A stretch of DNA of 64,000 nucleotides. Origin: Carcharhinus longimanus (taxonomy: Eukaryota). Shown here in pieces: positions 23,640 through 36,719 of this stretch. The translations under genes were made by a program, and so were the position numbers. How positions within the stretch are numbered: the first letter of the stretch is position 1; each line of letters opens with the position of its first letter. The DNA lies in NCBI GenBank assembly GCA_030264375.1, contig JASCQW010000156.1:23974887-24038886 (forward strand). Direction: 5' to 3'. Below the pieces are notes generated by a model. The model was not told where the DNA came from. It did no database searches and saw nothing but the letters and a program-made list of their open reading frames with translations.

Positions 23640-26600
23640 TAACCACAGCATGAACCATTGAATAACTCTTTCATGGAATGTATTCAAGACAATTTGTTAG
23701 ATCAGTATGTTCTAGGGCCAACCAGGGAGCTGGCTATTTTAGACTTGGTAATGAACGATGTGACAGGAGCATAGGAGCAGGAATCGACCGTTCAGCCCCT
23801 TGATACTGCTCCACCATTTAACTAGACGGCTGATTTTCTATCTTTACTTCATCTTCACGCACTGTCCCTGATTTCTTGATGTCATTGATAGCTCCATTTA
23901 TCAACCTGTGCTTTGAACATACTCAATGATTGCCCCTTCACAGCTCAGTGGGGTATAAGTTTCCAAAGATTCACTGCCCTCTGACTGAAGAAATTCCTCC
24001 TCATCTTGTTCCTAAATGCCTATCCCTTATTCTGACTCTGCTGCATGATTCTGGACCCTCCCAACCAGGGGGAATATCCTTCCTGCATCTATTCTGTTGA
24101 GCATGTTAGGAGTTTTGTACTCTCATTCCTCTAAACTCTAGAGAAAACATGCTTAGTCTCCTCAATCTTTCCTATTTGACAATTCTGCCATCCCAGGGAT
24201 TGATCTGTGAACCTTTGTTATGTTACCACAATGGATATCCTGTATCCTTCAGAGACAGGGTAAGTCAGTAATCTCAAGGTAAAGGAACCTTAAGGTGAAA
24301 GCGATTACGTGACAGAATTTCACTTTCATTTGAACGAGGAGAAGTTCGAGTCTAAGACCAATGTTTTAAACCTGACTAAAGGTAATTATAAGTGTATGAA
24401 GGCAGATCTAACTAAAGTGAACTGGGAATCTAGATTAAAAGGCAGGACAGTAGAAATGCAGAGACAGACTTTTAAGGAGTCTTATAGTAACTCTCAGCAA
24501 AGATTTATCTGAGTGAGAAAGAAAATATTTTGAGAAAGATGCATCATCCATGGCTGAATAAGGAAGTTAAGGACCGTAATATATAGAAAGAACCACTGTG
24601 TAAATCTGCAAAGATTGGTGGTAGGTCAGAAGATTGGTCAGATTTCAAGAACCAGCACGTATGATGAAAATGAAGGAAAAATTTGAATATGAATGAAAGC
24701 TGGCTGGTATTATAATTGAATGTATGTGTTTCAGCAAGTATTTAAATAGGGAAAGAGTAACTGAAGCTAGTGTAGGTCCTCCAGAGAGTGTCTTCAGAGT
24801 TGTTATTGGAAAAGAAGGAAATGGTGGAGGCATTGAATAGGTATTTTGTGTCTGGCATCACTGTAAAAGGCTTAGAAAACTTCCCAAAGGTACTTAAATC
24901 AAGAAGTGAATGGGAGGGCGGGACTTAAAATAATCACTGTAACCAGGGAAAAGATGCTAGGAAAACTAGGAATCCTAAAGGCTGATGAGTCATTGCTGGG
25001 TGACCTGCATGCTCGGTTCTTAGAAGTGGCTGCAGAGATAATAGAGATATTGTTTTAATCTCCCTAAATTCCTGGATTCTGGAAGAGCCCCAGTGGATTG
25101 CAAAATAGCTAATGCAACATCTTTATTCAAGAAAGGAGGGAGTCAGAAAGCAGGAAACCAAAAGCCAATTAGCCTTACATCTGTCATAACAAAAGTGCTA
25201 GAATCTGTTATCAAGTAGGTTATAACAGAATACTTAGAAAATCGAAATAGTATCAGACAGAGTCAGCATGGTTTTGTGAAAGGGAAGGTCAGATGTGGAG
25301 ATGCTGGTGTTGGACTGGGGTGGGTACAGTAAGAAGTCTCACAACACCAGGTTAAAGTCCAACAGGTTTATCTGGTATCACAAGCTTTCGGAGCACTTCT
25401 GCTTCATCAAATGAGTCTGAAGGAGCAGTGCTTTGAAAGCTTGTGATACCAAATAAAACCTGTTAGACTTTAATCTGGTGTTGAGACTCCTTACTGTGCC
25501 CACCCTAGTCCCAGCGCTGACATCTCCACATTGTGAAAGGGAAATTGTCAAATTAACTTGCTACAACTTTTTGACAAAGGAACAAGCAAGATGGTTAAAG
25601 GGAAACCTGTAAATGTGGTGTCCTTGGATTTCTAGAAGGCATTTGATAATGTACCACTTTGAAGGTTACTACACAAGACAAGAAAGCATGATATAGGGGT
25701 AACATTAACATGAATGAAAGATTGATTAGCTAACAGGAATCAGACTTAGTAGTGGAGTGCCACAGGGTTCAGTGCTGGAGCCTCAACTATTTACAAACTA
25801 TGTCAGTGACTTGGATGAAGGGACTGAATGTGCGGTGGCTAAATTTGCTGATGACACCAATAAAGGTAGAAATCTAAGTTGTCAGGAGGAGGTTGAGAGC
25901 CTGCAAAGGGACATGAAGAGGGTAGCTGAGTGAGCAGATGGAGTACAATGTGGGAAAGTGTGAACTTGTCCAAATTGGAAGAATAGAAAAGCAGTGTATG
26001 ATTTTGATTGTGGAACTTGGTGATACAGAGGGACCTGAGTGTCCTGGCACATTAATCACAAAATTAGTTTGAAGGTACAAGGTGATTCAGAAGGCAAATG
26101 GAATGTTGGTGTTTATTGCAAAGAAAATCAAATATAAATGGAATGAAGTTTTAGTGCAGCTGTAAAGCGTCTTGGTGAGACAAATCTGGAATGCTGTTTA
26201 CAGTTTGGGTTCCCTTATTTGAAAAAATACATCAGTTTTGAAGCAGTGCAAAGGATGCTCATACATCTCACTCCTAGGGCAAAGGACTTGCAAAGGAAAG
26301 TTGAACAAGTTGGGTCCTTACCCACTGGAGTTTAGAAGAAAGAGATACGATCTTATTGAAACATAAGAAGCTGAGGGGACTTGATAGGGTAGGGACCAGT
26401 AGGATGTCTCCTCTTGTGGGAGAGCCTAGAACCAGGGGACACAATTTAAGTAGAAGGGATCTACCGTTTTAGTTGGAGATGAGAAGATATTTTTTCTTTG
26501 AAGGTCATTCATATTTGGAACTCTCTTCCCTGGAGTTCAGTGGAGGCTGGATCACTGAATTCATTCAAGTCTGAGTTATAATAGACTTTTGATCATCAAG

Positions 26601-26728
26601 TGTTATGTGAGGCAGACAGGAAAGTGGAGTTGAGACCATAGCCAGAACAGTGACAATCTTAATGAATAGCAGAGCAAGCTTGAAGGGCCAAATGAGACTC
26701 CTCCTAAGCCCTGTGTTCTTATATACAT
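23640..26728 (+). mobile_element. Long decayed CR1 LINE ORF2 with nested insertions (minus-strand CR1 3' piece at about 23768-24250; palindrome at 25287-25530)
   Basis: Remnants VLNLTKGNYKCMKADL, TTATTCAAGAAAGGAGGG (LFKKGG), CAGCATGGTTTT (QHGF), TTTGCTGATGACACC (FADDT); typical 3' UTR. Confidence 0.9.
25287..25530. mobile_element. Palindromic Penelope-like family 1 element with 13-bp TSD
   Basis: Two inverted arms of about 115 bp each; TTGTGAAAGGGAA at 25274-25286 and 25531-25543; each arm carries a decayed hammerhead core. Confidence 0.85.
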
Positions 26729-29045
26729 GGAGTTGATCAACACACCATGTCATCTTTGCACATTTGGATCATTGTTGGGTACTTGTGCCTTCGACTGAAG
26801 TGACTTTCTTGTTTAAATTAAGGAATATATATCAAAACCAATTTTACAAAATCTTTACAAGAAATATAGCACACAGGAAGAGGAAACACTTAAAAGTGTA
26901 ATGTAATTCATCCTACCTCAGTGTGCATTTGAAATATACACGTTCCAATGCAGACATTCCCTAATGATCTGAGAGGTGCTGTAACATTAGTCACTGAACT
27001 TAATTCTTGTGGAAACCTGCCACTGGGTTCAACAGATGCTTTAAATTTTGGAGGTAAATTTGTTTGAGTTTGATATATCAAGTAATGTTATACCTGATGA
27101 AGATGATTGGATCACGTTTTAATGTATTCAAGCAGTGTCGTATGCAGTGGAGTAAATTGAGTGATATGGTGCACTGACTTGGAATGTTTGCAATAGATGC
27201 ATAATTTGGTGTCATGAGAATTTTCAGTATTGATCAGTTGCTTATTTCTCTGTCTTGGGAGTAATAAAAGACTTGTATTTATACAGCTTTCAAATATCAA
27301 AGCAAGTGCAGTGAGCAGAATTAGCAATGTACAGTTAAAACTATAAAAGCAATGTTTAGCTGATGAATTTAAATAAAATGATGCAGACAATTGCATACTA
27401 TTGAAATCTAAATTACAATTTTGAGAGATGTATGTTAGCTCCTCTCTACAGATGGTCTTTGAGTGCTTTCACAAATGATTTCCAAACACTTCACACATGC
27501 CATTGCCAAGACTTTCAGAGCCAGTGTCCTATATTTAAGAGTTTCTTGTTATAAATATTAATATAAGTTCACTAGTTGGGATCTTCTGTATTTCAACAAA
27601 TGATCAAGGTGTAAGCTGCTTTTTGATTCATGTTTGTAAATTTGAATGGATTATCTATAATTGGACTGATTGATTTCACGTAATAAAAATAAACTCGGCA
27701 AGTACTGAAAATCTGAGTAGAAATATGTAACAGATTTGTCAACAGCTGAGAAGAAACACTAATAATTTGGGTGAAAATTGCTAATCAGAACCATTTAATT
27801 CTCTATCTCAAGTTTACTCTCTTTAAGATAGCCATGCGTTTCCAGCCTTTATTTTTATTACTCATTGCAGTCCCTGGAGTGATCACCGATCATTTTGTGG
27901 TGTGGCACTGAAATTGAGTTGAAAAGGTTTTTTTGTGCCTGAACCACCACCTTAATACCAATAAATTGGACTCCATTTAAAATCATTGACTATTTAGCAT
28001 CAAAACTTGTAGCTCACCCATGTTAATGGGCCTGAAGTAAAACACATTCGTATTGTACCTTTCATTTAGGTGCATTTTGTGAAAAGTTCAGAAAGGAAGC
28101 TTTTTTTTCCTGAGAGCACAGCAAAATTTGCTTGAAAATATATTCATCTGCCTGTCAGAGAATCTAACGATCCTAGTGTCAGTTTAGTAGAACGGTATTC
28201 ATTTTGACAAGTAGTTGTTTAAGACACTAGTACCCAACTGTGATTGTCTTCTTGCATTTATATAGTCCCCTTAATGTAGTAATACACCTGAAGCTGCTTC
28301 ACTTGAGTATTTTCAAGTAAAATTCAATAGTCACACAGGAAACATTGGGTTAGATTACCCAAAGCTTGGTCACAGAGGTAGGTTTTAAGGAGCACTTTAA
28401 AGGTGGAAAGAGAGTGGGAGGTATGGAAAGATTTAGAGGGGGAACTCTAGCTTATAAGGACCTTGGCAGCAGTAGGCACAGCCACCAATTGAGCAACTCA
28501 TATTGGAAATACAGAGTTCAGCATTGAAGGCGATCAACCTTGGGAGACCATTTATCGTCATCTGACGTTCATCCACTTCAAGGAAGTGGTGGGACTGGGA
28601 CTCACTGTATTTGTTATTTGAAGCAAGAACCTTAACTAATTTCCCCTACTTGCTCCAGGTCACCAGGGCAATTGTGGCCTCCCCAGTGACACTGAATGTG
28701 ATGACTCAACTCAGCATTGAATAGAACCAGTGTGGAGCAAGTGAATCTTTAACATGGTGGATGAGGTGCTGTTGTCATAAGGGGCCTAATCTATTACTTT
28801 GATAAATGCACACTAGAGAATTTTACTTTGTGAAAACTATATTCTTTTCAAATAGCCATAGTAAAATAAATGGTTCATTGATCCTTGATTTATCTAATAT
28901 CGCTATAGTGTTCAAGCTAGTATCTACTGAAAAATAGGAGAAAGGCAGGTGTGTGAGGTCTCTGGCTAGTGCACATGACGAGTCATTGCTAGCATTTAAC
29001 ATACTAGAGAATGTACCCTTTAAAACATGGTGCTCATGGAAGTGA

Positions 29046-29086
29046 TGATGTGGGTATGCCGGCGTTGGACTGGCGTAAACACTTTT
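29046..29086 (-). mobile_element. 41-bp micro-insertion of the family 1 tail with 15-bp TSD
   Basis: Reverse complement matches 239-274; TGCTCATGGAAGTGA at 29031-29045 and 29087-29101. Confidence 0.85.
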
Positions 29087-31071
29087 TGCTCATGGAAGTG
29101 ACCAGTGACGAAGTCTAGAAAATATCTCGTTGATCTGAAATTTAAGAAATTCAACAGTTATTTGTTTGTGTTTTTAACATTTGTGTTGTTTCATTTCCTT
29201 GTTTCTGTCCGCATTACTGTGAAAATTGCAAGTTCCCTTGAGCATAACTTCTCTATTCGTAGGATCTGATTGTTACAATGAAAGAGTATGCAAGTTGTGC
29301 TTATTTTGGTGTAGTGTTTCCATTGAATTTTGCATTGAAGCCACAACACTTTTGTGCCATCCTAGCATCCCCAAGGTTTGCTCTTTTTGATGTGTAAGAA
29401 ATAAAATGAATATCCTGAATTTAGTTAATTTGTTCTTGAACTGGGACAGGTGCCATATTAATGCTTTGGGGAGTTTGGGATGACAATGCCATGGTTATGT
29501 TATTGATCTGGGTGCAGATGACTCCACATGTCCTTCTGTACAGAATGATTGAATAGAAGCTGTCCACTAGATTCTAGATAAAATTCAATACTGCTATCTT
29601 AGATTTCCACTATTCCTGGTATACCTGCAGATTATTGCTGACTAAAAAGTTGGATAGTTTTTCTAACAGTGGTAGTCACATTCATTAGGGAGATACAGTG
29701 TACTATATGATAAACAATGCTTTATGAATTTTATGATATGTTATCTACTGCTGATGTGTTGTTAGATGGAGGGTATCTGTTCTTATAAGTGGGACAGTGC
29801 TGGTTTCTTTATTTAAAAACAATATTTGCTTTATCATTTAAAAATTGTAAATGCTCTTGAATGGCAAAATATATCGTTTTAGGACTATTCATAGTCATTT
29901 AAGTTTATGCAAATGTTACTTATCTGTTCAGATTGATGTCGTAGTTCCCAGTTATATTCTTCATTATTCAACTTTCCCTCTGGTCCTTGTTCCATTTCTG
30001 CCGGGCATCCAAACACTTTTAACAGTTTGAGGACTTTGTACAATTGATGGCTTTTGATATCACTTGAATGCAAGACAATTGGAAATAATCAGCAATGCCA
30101 CCAGATGGAAAATTTTCCAATTGTACTTTGACATTGTTTAGGCTAATTATGTTGGTAAAAGAGAAAAATGAGTTGCAAGATTGTACATTAATGTTTGAAA
30201 ATTGAGCCTGCTTGGCAATTATCCTGCTAAGCTACGTGCATGTCTGGCCACGCAGCAGCTTGGAATGTACCATGAAGTCCTTGTGTTGGATTAAGTGTGT
30301 GTCTCAAAAAATTTAAACACACTGCATATTGAAAATATGCATGACAGCAAGATTTTATTGGGAGCACTGTTGTTTGGGTAACATAAGCAATGGAATTGTA
30401 ATATGTTGAACTGGGAATGTCCTGAGTCTGGACAATGGAAAATTAAGCACTTCTGTGTCTTAGAGTGCATTGGCTGCCTGTTTAGTTGCAGAGACCATTT
30501 GTTTACCATTAAGTAGGTTTGGATGCACACGTGCATCATGTAACAATTTTGGTGCGAACAAAATCAAATGTCCTCCATATCCAACCCTCTTGTATTTTTT
30601 ACTTGTTGCTGAGAAACTTGCATTAATGCTTAGTGCCCAACCAATCTGACTTAATAGTACTCCACATTTCTAAAAGAAGACGTCTGCCTGCAAAGTTGTA
30701 CAGTGTCCTTTAATTTCCAGCAAGATAGATTAATGGTCTTCCATAGAGACTTATTATTATGGCTTCTTGGGCAGTCTGTATACTTGTGTCCCATTCTGTA
30801 TAAATCTAATTTCATAAACTAATTCTCACGTGAATATGATTTCAATTATTATTCACCATGATTTCTTTGTGTGCATTCTTTCACGCANNNNNNNNNNNNN
30901 NNNNNNNNNNNNNNNNNNNNNNNNNNNNNNNNNNNNNNNNNNNNNNNNNNNNNNNNNNNNNNNNNNNNNNNNNNNNNNNNNNNNNNNACGCACCCATATT
31001 AACAACAGACTAACTTGATTTCTACTGCTGTTGTGTTGGCTGCAGGGCCAAGCCATTCAGAATTCTGTTTT

Positions 31072-31355
31072 TTTTAAGTTTAAGTATATTGATTAGTGTC
31101 ACAAGTAGGTTTACATTAACACTGCAATGAAGTTATTGTGAAAATCTAATCACCATGCTCAACCTGTTCGGATACGCTGACGGAGAATGCCCCTAACTAG
31201 CACGTCTTTCGGATTGTGGGAGGAAACCAGAGCACCCAGAGAAAACCCACGTAGACACGGAGAATGTACATACTCCACACAGACAGCGATCCAAGCTGAG
31301 AATTGAGCCCGGGTCCCTGGCTCTGTGAGACATCAGTGCTAACCACTGTGCCATC
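31072..31355 (-). mobile_element. V-domain tRNA SINE, alternative tail
   Basis: Reverse complement of head, V core and alternative tail. Confidence 0.9.
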
Positions 31356-31487
31356 TTCCTCATTTTGAAGGTACTAGTTCTCTGGGGTCTATTTCCAAGG
31401 CATTAGATACCTCCTGGTATCTCACCAAAGTAAATATTAATTGTGTGTGAACCTTGATGGTGAAGGTTGCTGGGCTGTTTGATTGTT

Positions 31488-31542
31488 ATGATGTGGAGAT
31501 GCCGGTGTTGTACTGAGGTAAACATAGTTGTCAGACTTCTTA
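31488..31542 (-). mobile_element. 55-bp family 1 micro-insertion with internal inversion and 13-bp TSD
   Basis: ATGATGTGGAGATGCCGG... (minus) joined to TTGTCAGACTTCTTA (plus); CTGTTTGATTGTT at 31475-31487 and 31543-31555. Confidence 0.8.
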
Positions 31543-32189
31543 CTGTTTGATTGTTGACAGGTCTCGCAGGTGAAACTGACATTTTGCTTACCCGATGTAC
31601 ATTGCCAGAAGAGTCTTTGAATAGTAAGTAGTATGGAACTGGCAATTCTTCCCTTTCTCACCCTCTTCAGTCCAATGCGGGGAGGCCATTTGTATTGCCT
31701 CCTGTCATTACCCTGACTTGGGATCAATTACAAAGTGCAGATGAATAGTAGCAGTGAGTACTCAGGTACTCGCTGGATAAACTTGGTGAGCCATTATTAG
31801 ATTGTTCGATCTATATATAGAATTCAAAGGCTACTGTTTATTTTTGCAGCATAGAAATAAACCAGAATACAACCGGCTTGTTTTATTTTAAATCATGTAC
31901 GCAGCTAAAAATGTCCAGGACAGCTGTGTAATATGCAAGATATTTGTCACTGTTGGTCAGTGATAGATAGTTGAAAGGTTGTAGCTTAGTAACGAATACA
32001 TTGAGGGCTTGTAAGATTTGTTACAGAACCATTTTGTGTGCTTATATTGCTTTGTGAGGCACTTAGTTCTAATAATATCCTAATCTGCATAGCTGTTAGA
32101 ACTTGCGTTGTAGTGTGTTAGATGCTCCTTTTGCGATCTAGATTTGAATCCAATAAAAATCAACGAGATGAAAGTCCTCATGTTGGTAG

Positions 32190-32516
32190 AAAGAAAGAAC
32201 CTACCTTCAGCTGACAAGTCTGATGTTAAAAGTACCACAAAAATTTCATGTCCTCAGGATGTTTTAAAGCTCTTCAAAATCGATAGTTTTGTTGTCACGT
32301 TGTCGGCAAATATGCTGCCAGTTTACCAACCGCAAAGTCCCGTGAGCAGCAGTGAGATAAATGATCAGATTTTTTTTGCAGAATTGATTGTGGGATAAGT
32401 GTTTTATGGGATAATTGCTATTCCTCAAATTGTACCATGGGATTTCATGTTGAGCTGAGAAGGCAAAGGGCCTTTACCTTGATGCCAAAAAGATGTCTGA
32501 CAATGTAGCACTTCCT
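32190..32516 (-). mobile_element. Deu-domain SINE fragment, interrupted by the adjacent CR1
   Basis: Similar to 62905-63362 and 63430-63700. Confidence 0.55.
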
Positions 32517-34298
32517 CACATCTGTCCCGCCCTGTAAGAATTTTTATAAGTTTCCGTGAAATCACATCTTCCAAATTCCAGAGAATATAGGCCCAATTTC
32601 CTCACACTCTCCACGTCACACAATCCCACCATCTCAGAGATTAATCTGGTGAACTCCATTGCACTTTGTGGCAAGTTTATCCTTCCTTTGATAAGGAAAC
32701 CAAAACAAAAAATGCAATACTCCAGATGCGATCTCGCTAAGGCTTTATGCAATTGTAGCAAGAAATCTTTATTCCTATACTCCAAATCTTCTTGTGACGA
32801 AGGCCAGCATACCATTTACCTTCCTAATTGCTCGCTGCACCTGCATGCTAGCTTTTGGTAACTCATAAATAAGGGCGCCCAGGTCCCTTTGGATATAAAT
32901 ACATCTTTATCTGTTGCCATTTAAGAAATACTTTACATTTCTGTTTGTTCTGTCAAAGTGGATAATTTTACACATGTTCACATTTTATTTCATCGACTGT
33001 GTTCTCGCTCATTTAGTATGTCCAAGTCCCTTGAAACCTCCTTGCATCTTCCTCACAACTTATCATTCCCCTAGTTTTTCAGCAAATTTAAGCATATTAC
33101 ATTTGTTCCCTACATCCCCAAATCATTTATAGTATTTAGATTGTGAACAACTGTGGTCCTAGCACTGATCCATACAGCATCCCACAAATAATAGTCTTCC
33201 AGCCTGAGGATGACCTATATTGTTGTAGACTATATTGTTGTAGATGATGTAATATTTCTTTAATACTAGCCATTGTCTGCCTGTTGGCAAATCTTTTAAT
33301 GTATTTTTCGAATCAACCATTGCCAACTTGCCCCCCCCATCCCTTCATAGTTCCCTTAGTTCAGATTTAAGAACTTAGTTTCAGAATGAAATATATAACT
33401 TTCAAACTTAATGCAAAATTCTACGATACTGTGGTCACTATTTCCTAAAGGCTCTTTTACAGCAAGGTTATTAATTACCTCTTTTGCATTATATAATGCT
33501 GAATCTAAAATATCTGAATCTCTTGTTGGTTCTGCATCCAAAAACCTATCTCGTACACACTCCAGGAATTAATCCTCCCCAGTATTAATGTGAACAAGGT
33601 TTATCCAGATGGCATGCAAATTGAAGTTGCCCATAATTGCAATATTACCCATGTTACAGGCTGCTCTACTTTCCTGATTTACACTGTTCTCTGATAATGA
33701 CCTGCAGAATCTTCAGCAGAAAGAGTTTTGTGGCAATAAGTCTTAGTATTGAGGTGACATCTCACCAACAAGCTTATCTTGTGGCTTATCACCCTGAAGT
33801 ACAAAATCTCTGCATTACCACTGCAGATGGCTGGTGAACAACTCCCATCCAATGTTTGCTGCCCTTTGCTCTTTCTTAGCGCCACTCAAACTGATTCTGC
33901 ATCTTGATCCTTTGCTATAAGATGCACTCATTAATGTAGTGATCTTGTCACTTATTAACAATGCAACTCCACCTCCCTTTCCTTTTCGCCTGTCCTTAAA
34001 TGGTGAGTGTTTTTGAATATTCAGTTCCCTATAACCAAGTCTTTCTAATGGCAATTAAATCCTTTCCATTTATCTGTTTGTGCATTCAAGCCCTATGCCT
34101 TGTTGTGAACGCTGTGTGCATTCAGATAGAGTGCCCTTAACTTTATCCTTTTAACAGTATTTACATTCTGATCCTATTTGATGCTTGTCTTCGCTTTGTC
34201 TGCCTTTCAATTTCATTTATTATGTTTTTGCTTCCTTCCAATCTGAGCTCCTTTTGAGGTTCCCAACTCCCCTGCCGATCTAGTTTAAACCTTCCCAA
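32517..34298 (-). mobile_element. Decayed CR1 LINE (endonuclease and 3' RT pieces, internally deleted)
   Basis: Remnants DRRKGKGGGVALLI, PLGNSDHSIVEF, LARSHLEYC. Confidence 0.9.
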
Positions 34299-35225
34299 CA
34301 GTACTATTGCTTGGTAATGAGTAGTTATTGTAACATAGACGAATATAGCTCTGTTTTGATGTTGGTTGAAGGAGCAATGTTAGCCAGGTCACCGAGAGCT
34401 CTGCTGTTTAAATTGTGCTGTCCATTTGAAAAGGCATAGGGGGGCCTCGATTTAAAATCTCATCTGAAGATTGAGTGGCACCCTAAGTTATATGCTGAAG
34501 GCAAACTACAACTTTTCACCTCAAACTGCCAGCAGATAAGCAAAATAAACATTTGCCAAAATATGTTTTTCTTTTCAAAGCTCCATCTTGAAATGCTACC
34601 TGTTGTTGTGTTCAGTCAAGGCAGTGGGGTTGGGTGGGTGTGCACTTCTTAAAATTGGAAGAGTATTTTAAGCAAAACACAAATGCTGTTGTGCCTGGAT
34701 ATTGTATTCATAGCCACTGGTTATGTAATAGTTCACATTGTGAACCAGGTGGCTTCTGATTTTGCAAAATTTCCTGAGCTGCTTTGCATTGTGAAATGAC
34801 CTTGAAGTAGTACTATTATTTTCAAGATGTCTGAACCTTCGAGGTGGCAGGGTAAAGTCAAAAGGCATTGTGATTTCGCTGAAGAGAGTTTTGGTTTTAA
34901 AAAAGGACATTTATTCTGGAATTTCAAGGGCACTATCATGTTACGGTTTGACGTGGTTGATGGTGGGCATTGGGAGCCTGGTGGCTGGCGATTCTCAATG
35001 ACCTTGTATTTTGCGTAGTAAGAATAAATATGCTGACTAGACTGCCTCAGTTTCTAACATGTCTACACCTTTGAAGTCTCTACTGGAGCAGTTTCATATT
35101 GGGCCAGATGTTCCACCCCCACCTCCACCTGATGCAGTTTTCCTATGGAGTATGTGGATATAGTCCAATGCCACTGTAATAGAAATGACAACAACAGGAT
35201 TGTGCAATATCAATTTTTTTGTTTA

Positions 35226-35420
35226 AAATCAAAATACTGTGGACGCTGGCATCTGAAACAAAAACAAAAAGTGCTGGAAAATCTCAGCAGGTTATGGGGA
35301 GAGAGTAGAGCCAATGTTTCGAGTCTAGATGGGTCATCTTTGAAGAGTTATCTAGACTCAACGTTGGCCCTATTCTCTTGCCACATGCTGAGATTTTCCA
35401 GTATTTTCTGTTTTCGTTTT
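35226..35420. mobile_element. Palindromic Penelope-like family 2 element
   Basis: CTGGAAAATCTCAGCA / TGCTGAGATTTTCCAG and GAGTCTAGAT / ATCTAGACTC inverted arms centred near 35340. Confidence 0.75.
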
Positions 35421-36719
35421 AATTCTTTCTTTATTTGAAGAACCAGCGTTTTAGCCAAAATGAAAATTTCATTTGGTCTTATTTGGCAGGCATTAGGTTT
35501 TTGTTTTGTTGCTCATGGTGAGTTCTTTAAGGGCTTACTTAGTTGTAAGTTGATTTTAGACTGTTTACGAAGTTAGAAAGTAGCAATGAGCCTCAAATCT
35601 TGTATGACATGGAACAGTTGTGTCACTGAATAAATACGCCGTGGATCTTTAGCTGTCTCTAAAGTTAATTGTAACTCTTCTATTCTGAAGACATCAACTC
35701 TTTCTGGGATACCATTTGAATACTGGAAGTCCACTGGTGTCTTGATCAAATTGCCATTCTTCAATTTTAAGATCAGATTTGCAGTGGCATTGCAGTTTAA
35801 GTGCTTTCCAGGCAAGCAAATTTTCCAGAAGTTGTCACTGGAAACAGATCAGAAGTGATAACACTGGCCAATGTTGCTCNNNNNNNNNNCAGGTTAAAAT
35901 ACTTTAAAAATTAAATGGTTTGAAATTTTTTTTGCTGACATTTAAATTTCAGCAATGCAGCAAAGATCACTCAATTACAGTGTCAAGATATGCGCATGCA
36001 GTAGTCTTTACATAACACTCTGGAAAGCAGTAGGCATCAATAAAAGGCTTTACATGTTCTGAAACAGTCTATCATTATACTATAGATAGACTATTTAAAC
36101 CTAGTATGAGTACTATTTTTCAAATTTAAAAAAGCTTCCTGCCACGTAAAAGCCCACACTGTTTTGATTCCCAGCAAATGTCCTTTGTTCAGCATCAATC
36201 CTTTCTAACAGAAGAACTGTGACATTTATAAAGGTAATAATTTGAATGAAGAATTCACATCGGCAATGTGTGTATCTTAGGATACTGGCAAAAGTGCAGT
36301 TGGCATTAGTCCCAGGGTTAATTGGGAGGAAAATTGATCAGAGTTACTGATATCAACTAACTTCTAAATGTGTTTTTACATGAGTTGAATGAGGACAGGC
36401 TCAGCTAGAACGACAGTGCCCCCAAGCAAATAGAGTATAAATGGTGTCATGTAAATTTAGCAGATGTACTTTATTAGGTGTCTCACATGGAAACCTATTT
36501 GAAAAATTCAGGGATAAGGTACGAAAAGAAATGTAACTGTGCATAGGAGGTTGGTTGACAGAACCAAGATTGTCACTTAAGATTGGGAAAACATTGAGCA
36601 CTGGGTACACTTATTGCAATCTATGTACACTTTTGTTCTTGGCATCTATTAAGAACTTCTGTATTAGGAGCACAGTGTCAACGAGCTGAGGATCTGACAA
36701 ACAGTGAAAAGAAAATCAA

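Noticed and set aside
27090-27125. Additional hammerhead at CTGATGAAG
   Set aside because: No stem II followed by GAAA.
33215-33246. Short tandem duplications (15 bp here, 16 bp at about 41560-41595)
   Set aside because: Ordinary slippage events with no inserted sequence.
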